Shown piece after piece: positions 1 through 8,413 of a stretch of DNA of 23,458 nt. Source of the stretch: an uncultured virus (IMG/VR IMGVR_UViG_3300020234_000071) (Duplodnaviria; Heunggongvirae; Uroviricota; Caudoviricetes); the IMG/VR virus record IMGVR_UViG_3300020234_000071; one strand, 5' to 3'. The notes beneath the pieces were generated by a model. It made no database searches. It was not told where the DNA came from and saw only the letters and a list, made by a program, of their open reading frames with translations. Each line of letters opens with the position of its first letter. Within the stretch, counting starts at the first letter, position 1. The translations under genes were made by a program, and so were the position numbers.

Positions 1-179
1 CTGGTCTCATTGTCTTCAATCATGTTATCGATTAAAGCCATTGCATCTTTTTTAGATTCAGCATCCCAAGGGTAGTGATTCATCCCTTCAAGTTTGATCA
101 TCCAACCAGTGTCATCAACGGCAAGTTCATATCCCCGATAGGAATATTCCCCTGTCTTAATTCGTGTTGCTCTATTCAT
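1..179 (-). CDS. small hypothetical phage protein, runs off the left edge
   Basis: Manual translation from ATG at 179: MNRATRIKTGEYSYRGYELAVDDTGWMIKLEGMNHYPWDAESKKDAMALID..., open to position 1; starts 5 nt after the stop of 185..406. Confidence 0.7.
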   Translation of the reverse strand, partial: MNRATRIKTGEYSYRGYELAVDDTGWMIKLEGMNHYPWDAESKKDAMALIDNMIEDNET

Positions 180-184
180 ATCGT

Positions 185-406
185 TTACTTTATCCAAGTT
201 CCATTATTGTCAGTAGTCAGAACCATGTTTTTAAGTTTGTAACCATCAGCAGAAACTACCACTACTGAAGACCAATAAAATTTTCCAAGGTCTCCCAACA
301 TCGGGCAGTATGTGGGTTTGTGATTCCAGTAGACCCGAAGATTTTTCAAAGAAGGGTTTGCCTTTTTGATCATTCGTTTTGCTACAGCAAGTGTTGGTTT
401 TTTCAT
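185..406 (-). CDS. hypothetical early protein (73 aa)
   Basis: ORF directly downstream of the minus-strand promoter at 442-470. Confidence 0.75.
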   Translation of the reverse strand: MKKPTLAVAKRMIKKANPSLKNLRVYWNHKPTYCPMLGDLGKFYWSSVVVVSADGYKLKNMVLTTDNNGTWIK

Positions 407-441
407 ATCGTGTTCATCTCTTTGTTTGTTTTCGTACTATA

Positions 442-470
442 AGTATAGCATAGTTAGAAATATTTGTCAG
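442..470 (-). promoter_or_regulatory. sigma70-type promoter, leftward
   Basis: Minus strand reads CTGACA-17 bp-TATACT, with TG extended -10. Confidence 0.75.
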
Positions 471-511
471 GTTTATTTGCACTTAATATCAATTTATTTA
501 TCGAAAAGACC

Positions 512-539
512 TTGCTTTTATTTGTCAAGGTGCTATACT
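512..539 (+). promoter_or_regulatory. sigma70-type extended -10 promoter, rightward
   Basis: TTGCTT (512-517), 16-bp spacer, TGc-TATACT (hexamer 534-539). Confidence 0.7.
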
Positions 540-558
540 TAAGGTATACAAACAAACA
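518..558 (+). repeat. 41-bp promoter repeat, copy 1 (copy 2 at 22088-22128)
   Basis: TTATTTGTCAAG(G/A)TGCTATACTTAAGGTATACAAACAAACA, 40/41 identical. Confidence 0.95.
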
Positions 559-573
559 AAGAGACACACGAAA

Positions 574-798
574 ATGAATACAAATAAAGTTGAATTAAGA
601 TTTGAAGCAGGATGTGAAGAAGATTGTGGAAGGGCTTTTGAAGTTGCTGATATAATCCATGCCCCTGAAGATTCGATACATGCAAAGATGGAATCTGAAG
701 ATGGTACTTACTTTGTAATGAGGGTTGTATTGAATGACCCGATGAACACAGACATCAATGAGTTGGTCAAGAAAATTGACTACCTGATGAACCTTTAA
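574..798 (+). CDS. hypothetical early protein (74 aa, acidic)
   Basis: ORF immediately after the promoter. Confidence 0.75.
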   Translation: MNTNKVELRFEAGCEEDCGRAFEVADIIHAPEDSIHAKMESEDGTYFVMRVVLNDPMNTDINELVKKIDYLMNL

Positions 799-810
799 AC
801 GAGACACGAA

Positions 811-1002
811 ATGGCAAAACCAAACAAGATGGGAATGAGTGCAAAGCAATTGATGCGGTCTCGCCGCGCTCGATTTGGTATGCCTAAACCTAAGCCTCTT
901 GGTGATGATTGGGAAGCCTTTTATGACAAGATGGAAAAGGGTGATATGTCTGTTGAGCAAATGAAATCTGAAATGGAAAAGTTGTTGGATAAGAAATCCT
1001 AA
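811..1002 (+). CDS. hypothetical protein (63 aa)
   Basis: Co-oriented ORF 12 nt after the previous stop. Confidence 0.7.
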   Translation: MAKPNKMGMSAKQLMRSRRARFGMPKPKPLGDDWEAFYDKMEKGDMSVEQMKSEMEKLLDKKS

Positions 1003-1009
1003 TATCTGC

Positions 1010-1038
1010 TTGACAAATATTTTAAAGTAGTGTAAGCT
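1010..1038 (+). promoter_or_regulatory. sigma70-type promoter
   Basis: TTGACA-17 bp-TAAGCT. Confidence 0.75.
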
Positions 1039-1146
1039 TAACACATAAGTAGGGCAGTGCTTTCGTTAAATTCCTATCTATTGGTAAGGGAGCGTTTTAC
1101 TTTTCTCTGCTCAAGCAGTAAGCTACAAATAACTAGGGGATAGTTA

Positions 1147-2331
1147 ATGATTAAAAAGGCAGTGAGTGGTTTGATACCACTCATATCTGTGAGGTCAACT
1201 GACCTTCTTCACATTGAGTTTGTTCTGCGGGGTTTGTTTCCCAAGCATAATGTTATGGCTTTGGGTTCCAAGTTCGTTGAGAGTGAAGAGTTGACCCCCC
1301 TATATTATTCCGTTGGAACTTCAAAAGAAAATTCCCTGAACGATCTTTATAATGATGCTGAGCAAAATGAATACTCAGTAATATTTATCAATCATGACCC
1401 AGACCCAAGATTAATGGAGTGTGGGGAATTAGTCCCAGATGAAAAAACAATTCATCAAATGCTTAAGGGAGAAATCCCAACTAAAATTCTGAAAGAATCT
1501 GTTGCCTATCTCAAGGGTTTGACAGTTCAACATATCAAACAAACACTTTCCCTTTGCTCTATCTACTACGATCAGATTTCCGTGGAGAGCATCCGCAAAA
1601 CCAAAGAAAGATTATTCATTCATCAAACGGGAATTACAAAAGTTGACCCTGAGACCCCATTTTATTTTGGTGGAAATAATTTGTCTTTGTGGGTAGCTGA
1701 AAATAAACCTTATATGTTTGCGGATGTCGATCATAGATTAGTTCCCAAAGGGGTTTTGATGTACGGGGAATCTGGGACAGGTAAAACTGAATTTTCAAAA
1801 TATGTTGCGCGGGAATGGGGGCTATCTTTATTTCTGTTGGATGTTAATTCCATGCTATCGAAATGGCAGGGAGAAGCAGAGCATCATCTGAACCAAGCAC
1901 TTGTAACATTGGATAAGGAAAGCCCGTGCATAGTTTTGTTTGATGAAGTGGAAAAGCTTTTCATGAACAATAGCGAAAACGATACAAGCCAAAGATTGTT
2001 GTCTAAACTTTTGTGGTGGTTACAATATAAATCCAGTAAGGTTTTTGTTGTGATGACCTGTAATAATTTGGAAGCACTCCCCACAGAACTTTATAGATCA
2101 GGCAGGATAGATCAATTAATTAAATTGCAGGGTTTGCACAAAGATCAATTAGCAGATTTTGTTACTCAGCTTTTAGAAAGTTTTGGAGTTGATACTAAAG
2201 CTAATGAATGTATGAAGGTGGTTGGTGCTAAAATGGCACAAAGCAAAACCACTAGCAAAGAGTTTTTCCCACAGGCTTTAGTAAGTCAGTGGGTCATTGA
2301 GTATTTACAATCAACGAAGCACGGACTATAG
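1147..2331 (+). CDS. AAA+ ATPase, Ycf46/SpoVK-like
   Basis: Walker A GESGTGKT, pore loop SKWQGEAE, Walker B VLFDEVEK, second region of homology TCNNLEALPTELYRSGRID. Confidence 0.88.
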   Translation: MIKKAVSGLIPLISVRSTDLLHIEFVLRGLFPKHNVMALGSKFVESEELTPLYYSVGTSKENSLNDLYNDAEQNEYSVIFINHDPDPRLMECGELVPDEKTIHQMLKGEIPTKILKESVAYLKGLTVQHIKQTLSLCSIYYDQISVESIRKTKERLFIHQTGITKVDPETPFYFGGNNLSLWVAENKPYMFADVDHRLVPKGVLMYGESGTGKTEFSKYVAREWGLSLFLLDVNSMLSKWQGEAEHHLNQALVTLDKESPCIVLFDEVEKLFMNNSENDTSQRLLSKLLWWLQYKSSKVFVVMTCNNLEALPTELYRSGRIDQLIKLQGLHKDQLADFVTQLLESFGVDTKANECMKVVGAKMAQSKTTSKEFFPQALVSQWVIEYLQSTKHGL

Positions 2332-2342
2332 GAGATAGGAAT

Positions 2343-3065
2343 ATGATACAAGAAAACTTGGTTAAGAAAACCATTACCCTGAAAACTTTGGATAGGATTG
2401 AGGGTAGCGAAGGGAACAAAGATTATTTTGTTATCCATGAAGACAGGATTCGCTTTTGTTTGAAGCTTGATTTCAGTATGAATTATAGTGGGCAACCCAC
2501 AGGATTTTTTGTGCGGATACGAATGATTCCTTCTGCTAAAATCGATTTGTACAACATGGAAAACTGGTTTAACTCTAATTTCAAATCAAATGAAGTGGCT
2601 AAGAAATTGAGTAACAAAAGTATCAAAGCCAGTCATTTGACTATTGGTGATGAACGGGTTTCTTATGTGATGGGAGCAGAACATAATTTGTCAGACTACG
2701 GAGACCCAAGCACTAAGAAAGGTTGGGACACATTGATAACAGCGTTGACCAAAGATTTTGATGATCTGGGAAAACGTATTATTCGAAGCATGGGAATTTT
2801 TTGTAAGACCCCGAGTAAAGCACAGAAAGTAATTCAGCAAAGCATGAAAGATTACATTCTGATGTATGCCCCTGAAGAACCTACGGGCAAGAAGGCTTCG
2901 GTTACGCCGATCAAAAAGAAGGCTGCAAAAAAGAAAGTGATAGCAGCAGAAACTACTTTCAAAGAAGCAGCGGAAGAAATCCTTTCTGATATTTGCGGGG
3001 AACCCATGTCAATAGAATTGGATGATGTGCATGAGGGGGAACCAGAAATAAAACCCAAGAAATAA
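2343..3065 (+). CDS. hypothetical protein (240 aa)
   Basis: Long ORF with upstream AGGAG/AGGA; no motif recognised. Confidence 0.75.
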   Translation: MIQENLVKKTITLKTLDRIEGSEGNKDYFVIHEDRIRFCLKLDFSMNYSGQPTGFFVRIRMIPSAKIDLYNMENWFNSNFKSNEVAKKLSNKSIKASHLTIGDERVSYVMGAEHNLSDYGDPSTKKGWDTLITALTKDFDDLGKRIIRSMGIFCKTPSKAQKVIQQSMKDYILMYAPEEPTGKKASVTPIKKKAAKKKVIAAETTFKEAAEEILSDICGEPMSIELDDVHEGEPEIKPKK

Positions 3066-3092
3066 CGGGGCAATCTACAGCCGAAGTTCGTT

Positions 3093-4043
3093 ATGAGTTT
3101 TGAGCTAACCCAGAAGGTTATTCGTAACCAACTGAAACTTAGCCTTTGTGAAAAAATGATGTTAGCTATTATCGCTGACAAAATTGATCACAAAGGCTTT
3201 TGTTATCCGTCTTATAATACTTTAAGAACAATTGGTGACTGTACCCGAAGACACGTAATTAGAAGTATTAAAGTTTTAGTCAGACACAAATTAATTACCA
3301 TCAAGAAAATTCTGGGCAAAGGAAATCAATATACTATTGATGAAAAAGTCTTGGATAAAAGGATTGACGAAGTTAAAAAAGGGGAGTCAACTGGTGACAT
3401 AGAGTCACTAGCACTAGTGTCACAGAGTCACCCCCCTAGTGACATAGTGTCACCCCACTGGTGTCATGATGTCACCCTAGTAGATAAGGTAGTAAATAAG
3501 GAAGTAGATAAAGGTAGTAAAGTGATTTCAAAAAACGAAATCACAAAACCAAATTCCGATTCTATAGAAGGGGTAGGAGAAGAAATGAAAATAGAAGATT
3601 TGGATTTAACACAGTTTAAGAAAACCAATAAAAAGAAAATGAATCCAATTGATGTTTGGAGAAATGCCTGTGTGGATTATCTAGAAGAACATTCTAATGC
3701 CCCAATAAATTTGAATTACAAACAGGTACATGCAGGGACAATGAATAAGGTTGCAAAAAGTTTGGACACCATGTATCAACCGTGCGTTGAATCTGCGGTT
3801 TCTAATTGGGGGGCATTTGTTAAGTTTGTAAATCTGGAAACAGGTGGGTCTAAAAAACCACCATCACCCAACATGAATTTCTTTGTTTATCATTCTCACT
3901 ACGCTTTATTATTCGCAATGAAGAAGATGGATAAAAGTGATACTAAGATCAAATCTCATTTACCCCCATTTAAAAAGAAACCTGTAACAGACCCATACAC
4001 CAAAGCACTATTAAAAGCTGTGGGGAAACTCAGTGGGGATTAA
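3093..4043 (+). CDS. phage replication initiator (lambda O-like architecture, N-terminal winged HTH)
   Basis: N-terminal CYPSYNTL...CTRRHVIRSIKVLVRHKLI...GNQY HTH pattern; internal iterons; upstream of loader and DnaB. Confidence 0.82.
   Translation: MSFELTQKVIRNQLKLSLCEKMMLAIIADKIDHKGFCYPSYNTLRTIGDCTRRHVIRSIKVLVRHKLITIKKILGKGNQYTIDEKVLDKRIDEVKKGESTGDIESLALVSQSHPPSDIVSPHWCHDVTLVDKVVNKEVDKGSKVISKNEITKPNSDSIEGVGEEMKIEDLDLTQFKKTNKKKMNPIDVWRNACVDYLEEHSNAPINLNYKQVHAGTMNKVAKSLDTMYQPCVESAVSNWGAFVKFVNLETGGSKKPPSPNMNFFVYHSHYALLFAMKKMDKSDTKIKSHLPPFKKKPVTDPYTKALLKAVGKLSGD
3391..3475. repeat. four iterons, putative replication origin
   Basis: CTR-GTGWCAYRRWGTCAC with 15-bp cores at 3394, 3417, 3439, 3461 (spacing 23, 22, 22 bp), followed by a purine/A-rich tract. 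Confidence 0.88.
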
Positions 4044-4656
4044 ATTAAAAACTAAAGACATTGAACCTGATGATATATCGGAAGATGAAAAATATCACAT
4101 GGAAGTCTATGGGGAATATTACGCCACAGGGATTTTAAATTATCAGAAGCATTGGCGCATGGTTCAAAATATTGGGATGTATGCAGAGCAATCAGGAATC
4201 CCAGAGTATTTTATTTACCATACTTCGGAAGGAATTTTGATGTCAAAGGATGTTGAATATCTGGAAGAGTTCAGCAGTCATTTCATCAAAGGAATTAGCG
4301 GGGCTGTGATCGAAAGCAATCACAACTTCATAGACCGGATGTATTCAATGGTGGGGGTTCTGATTCGTAACTTTATTGATGCACGATTCATCACCCTTCA
4401 GGATTTGATAAAGGAAATTAAAAGCGGAAACTCGCCCAAGAGCAAACTGATTTGCATTCCTAATTTTGCACTGGATAAATCTGAGGGGGGCAATGTGGCT
4501 ACATGGGAAATGTCTAATGTGCTTAGTTGGATGCTCAATAGTCACAGTCAGGGAAGGCAGGTAGTTATTTATGTTGAAACACTTGATTATATTAATCAAC
4601 AATACGGGGGAGTTCTTCGGACTCACATTGATAATCATTTTTTAGAATTAGAATAA
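4033..4656 (+). CDS. DnaC/IstB-like helicase loader, apparently ATPase-degenerate
   Basis: Lies between initiator and DnaB; SGIP, RFITLQDLI and QYG patterns resemble DnaC, but there is no GKT or hhhhDD motif; GTG start. Confidence 0.5.
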   Translation: MGIKLKTKDIEPDDISEDEKYHMEVYGEYYATGILNYQKHWRMVQNIGMYAEQSGIPEYFIYHTSEGILMSKDVEYLEEFSSHFIKGISGAVIESNHNFIDRMYSMVGVLIRNFIDARFITLQDLIKEIKSGNSPKSKLICIPNFALDKSEGGNVATWEMSNVLSWMLNSHSQGRQVVIYVETLDYINQQYGGVLRTHIDNHFLELE

Positions 4657-4666
4657 GGGGATAAAA

Positions 4667-4948
4667 ATGGAGATGACACGATACCTAGTAGTGGGCTATA
4701 AAAAATGGGGCAAAGGTAATGTAAGAATTTCGGCAAAAGCCCCATCGTTAAAGGCACATGAGATTTCAATAAAATTAAATCTTGAGATACCGGATGAACT
4801 GTTTTCAAAACCTGCACTGGAAGCAGATATAATCATCCCCGAAGATTCAGTGGTTGCAGGAAAAATTGATACGGAAATTATTGAAGATATTAAAAAGACG
4901 GTTGAAGACGGTCTTGGAATATCCATGCATATAAGTTTAATCCAGTAG
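4667..4948 (+). CDS. hypothetical protein (93 aa)
   Basis: RBS AAGGGG; fills the operon. Confidence 0.75.
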   Translation: MEMTRYLVVGYKKWGKGNVRISAKAPSLKAHEISIKLNLEIPDELFSKPALEADIIIPEDSVVAGKIDTEIIEDIKKTVEDGLGISMHISLIQ

Positions 4949-4960
4949 GGGATAATAACC

Positions 4961-6241
4961 GTGTCATCAAGTATCGGGCTAAAGCTCGTTTCTGCGCTAT
5001 TGAATGAGGGTGATGTAAAAGCATTTTCAAAGTTAGACATCAATCCTATTACGTTGAAAGAACATGAGAAAGAAGTTTATGATTTCATAAAAGATTTTAT
5101 CTACCAACACAAGTCAATGCCAAAATCTGAAACCGTGCTGCTAGATATGGGGTTGGATTCCCTGCCTATTGCCAAGGAAGTTAGTTCATATTATGCCAAG
5201 CAGATTCGGGAACGCTTCATAAGCGATACGATCAAGAAAGGATATGCTGATGTAAAACCCTTCCTACAAAAAGAAGATATGGATGTTCAGGCAGGGATAG
5301 ATTGTCTGACTGAAACCTTGATGACAATTCATAAAGCAACATCCAGAATATCTATTGTTGATTTCAAGGATGCACGGAAATTTATTGAACAGGCATATAA
5401 AGAAAAGAAAATGCTTGGCATGGATGGAACAGTTTTGATGGGCTACCCCACAGTAGATATTTTGTCTGGGGGTATGCAGGGTGGTGATCTGATTTCAATT
5501 GTGGGCAGACCTGCAATGGGTAAAACGTGGGCAACCTTATTTATGGCTCATAATGCATGGTATAACCAACATAAGACCGTTTTGTTCATCACTCTAGAAA
5601 TGACTGTGCTTGCCATAGAGCAACGATTAGCCAGTATGCATACCAAGCATAGTCTTACACAGCTTAAAAAGGCACAGCTTGCGACTAAGGCATACAAAGA
5701 CCTACTCAGTAAACTAGGTGTACTGTCTGATTTCAAAGAATCGTTTTGGATTGCGGGGGGCGATATTGCTTCGATGGTTGAAGACATCTGGAAACTCGTG
5801 ATGCAGGTTAATCCTGAATTTGTTGTAGTCGATGGTGCGTACCTGTTATCACATCCAAATCCAAGGATGGGGAAGTATGAAAAGGTTGCTGAGAATGCAC
5901 GGGCATTGAAGCAGATGCTTGCAATGGAATTTAATATTCCAGTGGTAGCCAGTTGGCAATTTAATAGGGGGGCTGAGAAAAAAATGGAAAAAGATAAACA
6001 GGTTGGATTGGAGGATATTGGATACACGGATGAAATCGGGCAACTCAGTTCTGTGGTGTTGGGTCTGATGCAGGAAGAAAGTATTGAAACTATCATGACC
6101 CGTGAGGTCAGAATTTTGAAGGGTAGGGATGGGGAGGTTGGAACTTTCAATACAAAATGGGACTTCGTTAATATGGATTTCGGGGAGCTACCCAAGACCC
6201 CAACAGGCAGTGAACCCAAGCAGGAAATTGTGGTGGACTGA
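4961..6241 (+). CDS. dnaB: replicative DNA helicase, DnaB family
   Basis: GRPAMGKT, FITLEM, VVVDGAYLL, QFNR and KGRDG motifs. Confidence 0.93.
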   Translation: MSSSIGLKLVSALLNEGDVKAFSKLDINPITLKEHEKEVYDFIKDFIYQHKSMPKSETVLLDMGLDSLPIAKEVSSYYAKQIRERFISDTIKKGYADVKPFLQKEDMDVQAGIDCLTETLMTIHKATSRISIVDFKDARKFIEQAYKEKKMLGMDGTVLMGYPTVDILSGGMQGGDLISIVGRPAMGKTWATLFMAHNAWYNQHKTVLFITLEMTVLAIEQRLASMHTKHSLTQLKKAQLATKAYKDLLSKLGVLSDFKESFWIAGGDIASMVEDIWKLVMQVNPEFVVVDGAYLLSHPNPRMGKYEKVAENARALKQMLAMEFNIPVVASWQFNRGAEKKMEKDKQVGLEDIGYTDEIGQLSSVVLGLMQEESIETIMTREVRILKGRDGEVGTFNTKWDFVNMDFGELPKTPTGSEPKQEIVVD

Positions 6242-6432
6242 TGATTGTTAATACACAAGGTACTTCACAGGTGGTAATTGAGAGACTACAAGCGCGGGTG
6301 AAAGAATTGGAGAACATTGAAGAAAAGGCACATGCGATTGTTAAATATATGCGGAAGGAAAATATAGATGCTGTGTTGGCAGTTGTTGCTGAACTAGGCT
6401 TGCTATTTCCACCACAGAGTAACGGGGATTGA
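6241..6432 (+). CDS. hypothetical protein (63 aa)
   Basis: TGATG overlap with the dnaB stop. Confidence 0.65.
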   Translation: MIVNTQGTSQVVIERLQARVKELENIEEKAHAIVKYMRKENIDAVLAVVAELGLLFPPQSNGD

Positions 6433-6528
6433 TAGCGACTCCAATTTGGTTGAACAAGGGATTACCCAAAAAAACCAGTTTTGCCTATAGGGGGGGTATA
6501 GGGGCCCAATTTTTTTCAATAAAAAGGC

Positions 6529-6557
6529 TTGACAAATATTATTACATGTACTATTAT
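6529..6557 (+). promoter_or_regulatory. strong sigma70 promoter driving the non-coding unit
   Basis: TTGACA-17 bp-TATTAT with upstream T/A tracts (UP-element-like). Confidence 0.85.
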
Positions 6558-6562
6558 ATAGG

Positions 6563-6914
6563 GGTAAGCAACAAAACACGGAGAAAGTTTATATAGAAAT
6601 GGTGCATTTAAGAAGGTGAATGGAAACGGGCTGAGAGGTCGCAAGAATTAGGTAAGCCATTCATAACCGCAAAGTCTACTGTTAAGGATGATGCGGCTCT
6701 TTCCAAGAGGATTAACAGCTAAGCACAGGGACTTCAGAAATGAAGTAATAACAGATTCAAAAAGTGCTTAGTCATAGAGGCTGCAACAGAAGTTTGAGGA
6801 TGCAATAGGCAACATCAAGCAAGATGGAAAAATGCTAGGACAACCAATACTGTTCCTGATTCACGGTTTTGGAATCCAACCAAATTTATTACTGCCCCTT
6901 GATTGGGGCTTTTT
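6563..6914 (+). ncRNA. candidate large structured ncRNA, ROOL-like 5' half
   Basis: No ORF of 60 aa or more between promoter and terminator (apart from a rejected TTG extension); helices 6617-23/6657-63, 6679-85/6712-18, 6697-701/6705-09, 6719-26/6764-71, 6731-36/6741-46 with a GAAA tetraloop. Confidence 0.75.
6894..6914 (+). terminator. intrinsic terminator
   Basis: GCCCC-ttgatt-GGGGC-TTTTT. Confidence 0.75.
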
Positions 6915-6940
6915 GGCAAACAAAGCAAGGGGATATAAAA

Positions 6941-7402
6941 ATGGCAATTAAGCTAAAGACAAAATCAAAAGTGAAGTTGGCAATAGGCAAAAAAACTGCT
7001 GTCACTTCTGATACTGGAATCGAAGTAGCAACTAAATTACTTCCTGAAGCATTCAAGCTCAAGAAGGAAATTTCACTTCTGGCTGCTAAGACCAAAAATC
7101 TTACCGACAAACTTAACCCTATTGAAACAGAAATCCGTGAACTTGTTGACCCTGAACTTGATGGGACAGCATCCGTGAATCTGATCAATGGTGATTTGGT
7201 TATGGGGGTTTCTGCTCGTGTACAGTCACGTACTGTTATAGACACAGATGATGTTGTGATTGCACTGGAAGATTTCGAAGAAGGTCTTGCCCTGAAACTG
7301 GCAAAATTTGCTCTGGGTGATCTGGATAAATATTTTAGTCCTGATGAAATGGCAAAGCTGACTGAAATAAAAGAAGGAAATCGCAGACTCAAATACGGGT
7401 AA
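6941..7402 (+). CDS. hypothetical protein (153 aa; start corrected to ATG 6941)
   Basis: RBS AAGGGG before ATG; MAIKLKTK N-terminus; helical middle region. Confidence 0.8.
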   Translation: MAIKLKTKSKVKLAIGKKTAVTSDTGIEVATKLLPEAFKLKKEISLLAAKTKNLTDKLNPIETEIRELVDPELDGTASVNLINGDLVMGVSARVQSRTVIDTDDVVIALEDFEEGLALKLAKFALGDLDKYFSPDEMAKLTEIKEGNRRLKYG

Positions 7403-8340
7403 TGAAGCAGCAACAGGTAATTGATTTCCTCACGGTATTGGGTGGGGAGGTCACAACCACAACTTCAAATTGGGCAACCTGTAGATGTATCTTTGCTAGG
7501 TTCCTGCATGAAGGTAAGGTTGATAATCATCCTTCAAGTGGAATGACTATCACAGGGGGGGAATCAAAATACAATTGCTTTACATGTGGGGAGCGTGGAA
7601 CCCCTTATGAGATTTACAAGAAATTAAAATTTATGTTCAGGGGGGAAGTACCACAGAAAATCGATCTAAAAAAAGCTATGCAGATTATCGATGCGGAAGA
7701 ATATGATGAGGAATTAGAATTTCCAGATTACGAAACCGAGATTGCAAAAAAGCCTGTTGCGTTAATTCCCTTCGATGAGCATTGGTTTCATTGTTTCCCT
7801 TCTGCATATTCCCATCCCTATATTCAGGTGCGGGGAATTTCTGCTGAGTTGGCAGAGCAGATTGACATACGGTTAGATTTTGAAAAGTGCAGATTATTAT
7901 TTCCAATCAGAGATTGGGAAGGGGTTTTGATGGGTATACATGGGAGAACTTTTTTGGATGATATTGAGCCAAGATATTATTCTTATCCTAGTAACGGTGT
8001 GAGAAATCCTAGCGTGTGGATGGGGGAAGATCATGTTGATCTGGAAGAGCCTGTGATTTTGGTTGAAGGTCAATTTGACTATGCCAAGATCAGGGTTCAT
8101 TACAACAATGTTTTGTCTGGTCAAACCACACAGGTTCAGGTGGACAAGATTAAAAGACTTTCGGGGGCAGAAGAAATTATAACGATTTTTGATAATGGGG
8201 TTGGTGGTGACAAGGGCAGGGAAAGAATTTCAAAATACTTTACCAAGATTCCTGTGACCCATTTGAAACCACCGGAACCATACGGGGATTTGGGACAGAT
8301 GCCAGATGATATAGTTCTAGAATTATTGGAGTCTGTTTGA
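7402..8340 (+). CDS. DNA primase (zinc finger + TOPRIM)
   Basis: N-terminal C/H...NCFTC, YIQVRGI, RLLFPIRD, ILVEGQFD, FDNGVGG. Confidence 0.9.
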   Translation: MKQQQVIDFLTVLGGEVTTTTSNWATCRCIFARFLHEGKVDNHPSSGMTITGGESKYNCFTCGERGTPYEIYKKLKFMFRGEVPQKIDLKKAMQIIDAEEYDEELEFPDYETEIAKKPVALIPFDEHWFHCFPSAYSHPYIQVRGISAELAEQIDIRLDFEKCRLLFPIRDWEGVLMGIHGRTFLDDIEPRYYSYPSNGVRNPSVWMGEDHVDLEEPVILVEGQFDYAKIRVHYNNVLSGQTTQVQVDKIKRLSGAEEIITIFDNGVGGDKGRERISKYFTKIPVTHLKPPEPYGDLGQMPDDIVLELLESV

Positions 8341-8365
8341 CAAATAAAAATCTATATGCGATAAT
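8337..8365 (+). promoter_or_regulatory. sigma70-type promoter
   Basis: TTGACA-17 bp-GATAAT with TG extended -10. Confidence 0.75.
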
Positions 8366-8413
8366 TGCGGTGTCCAATAGGACAATTTAACTTAAATAAA
8401 TCGGAGGGGCTAA

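Noticed and set aside
1040..1146. Structured RNA in the ~100-nt leader of the AAA+ gene
   Set aside because: Only short, weak pairings (TAGG/CCTA, CTGCT/AGCAG) are visible; insufficient support
3391..3475. Mini-CRISPR array
   Set aside because: Repeats are 15-18 bp with gaps of only a few bases and lie in-frame within a CDS, which fits iterons
5548..6258. Long antisense ORFs (also 595-1044, 6889-7413, 9971-10411, 11312-11824, 16591-17037)
   Set aside because: They overlap well-supported + strand genes, have atypical composition and show no expression signals
6563..6914. Group I intron, RNase P RNA, tmRNA or TPP/c-di-GMP riboswitch identity for the ncRNA
   Set aside because: Only isolated words match (GCAACAGA, GGCTGAGA, CGCAAAG). 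There is no interrupted gene, no recognisable P7 or P4 pairing, no tRNA-like ends and no complete aptamer.
6869..6940. N-terminal extension of the 177-aa ORF from TTG 6869
   Set aside because: It crosses the terminator and lacks an RBS; ATG 6941 has AAGGGG
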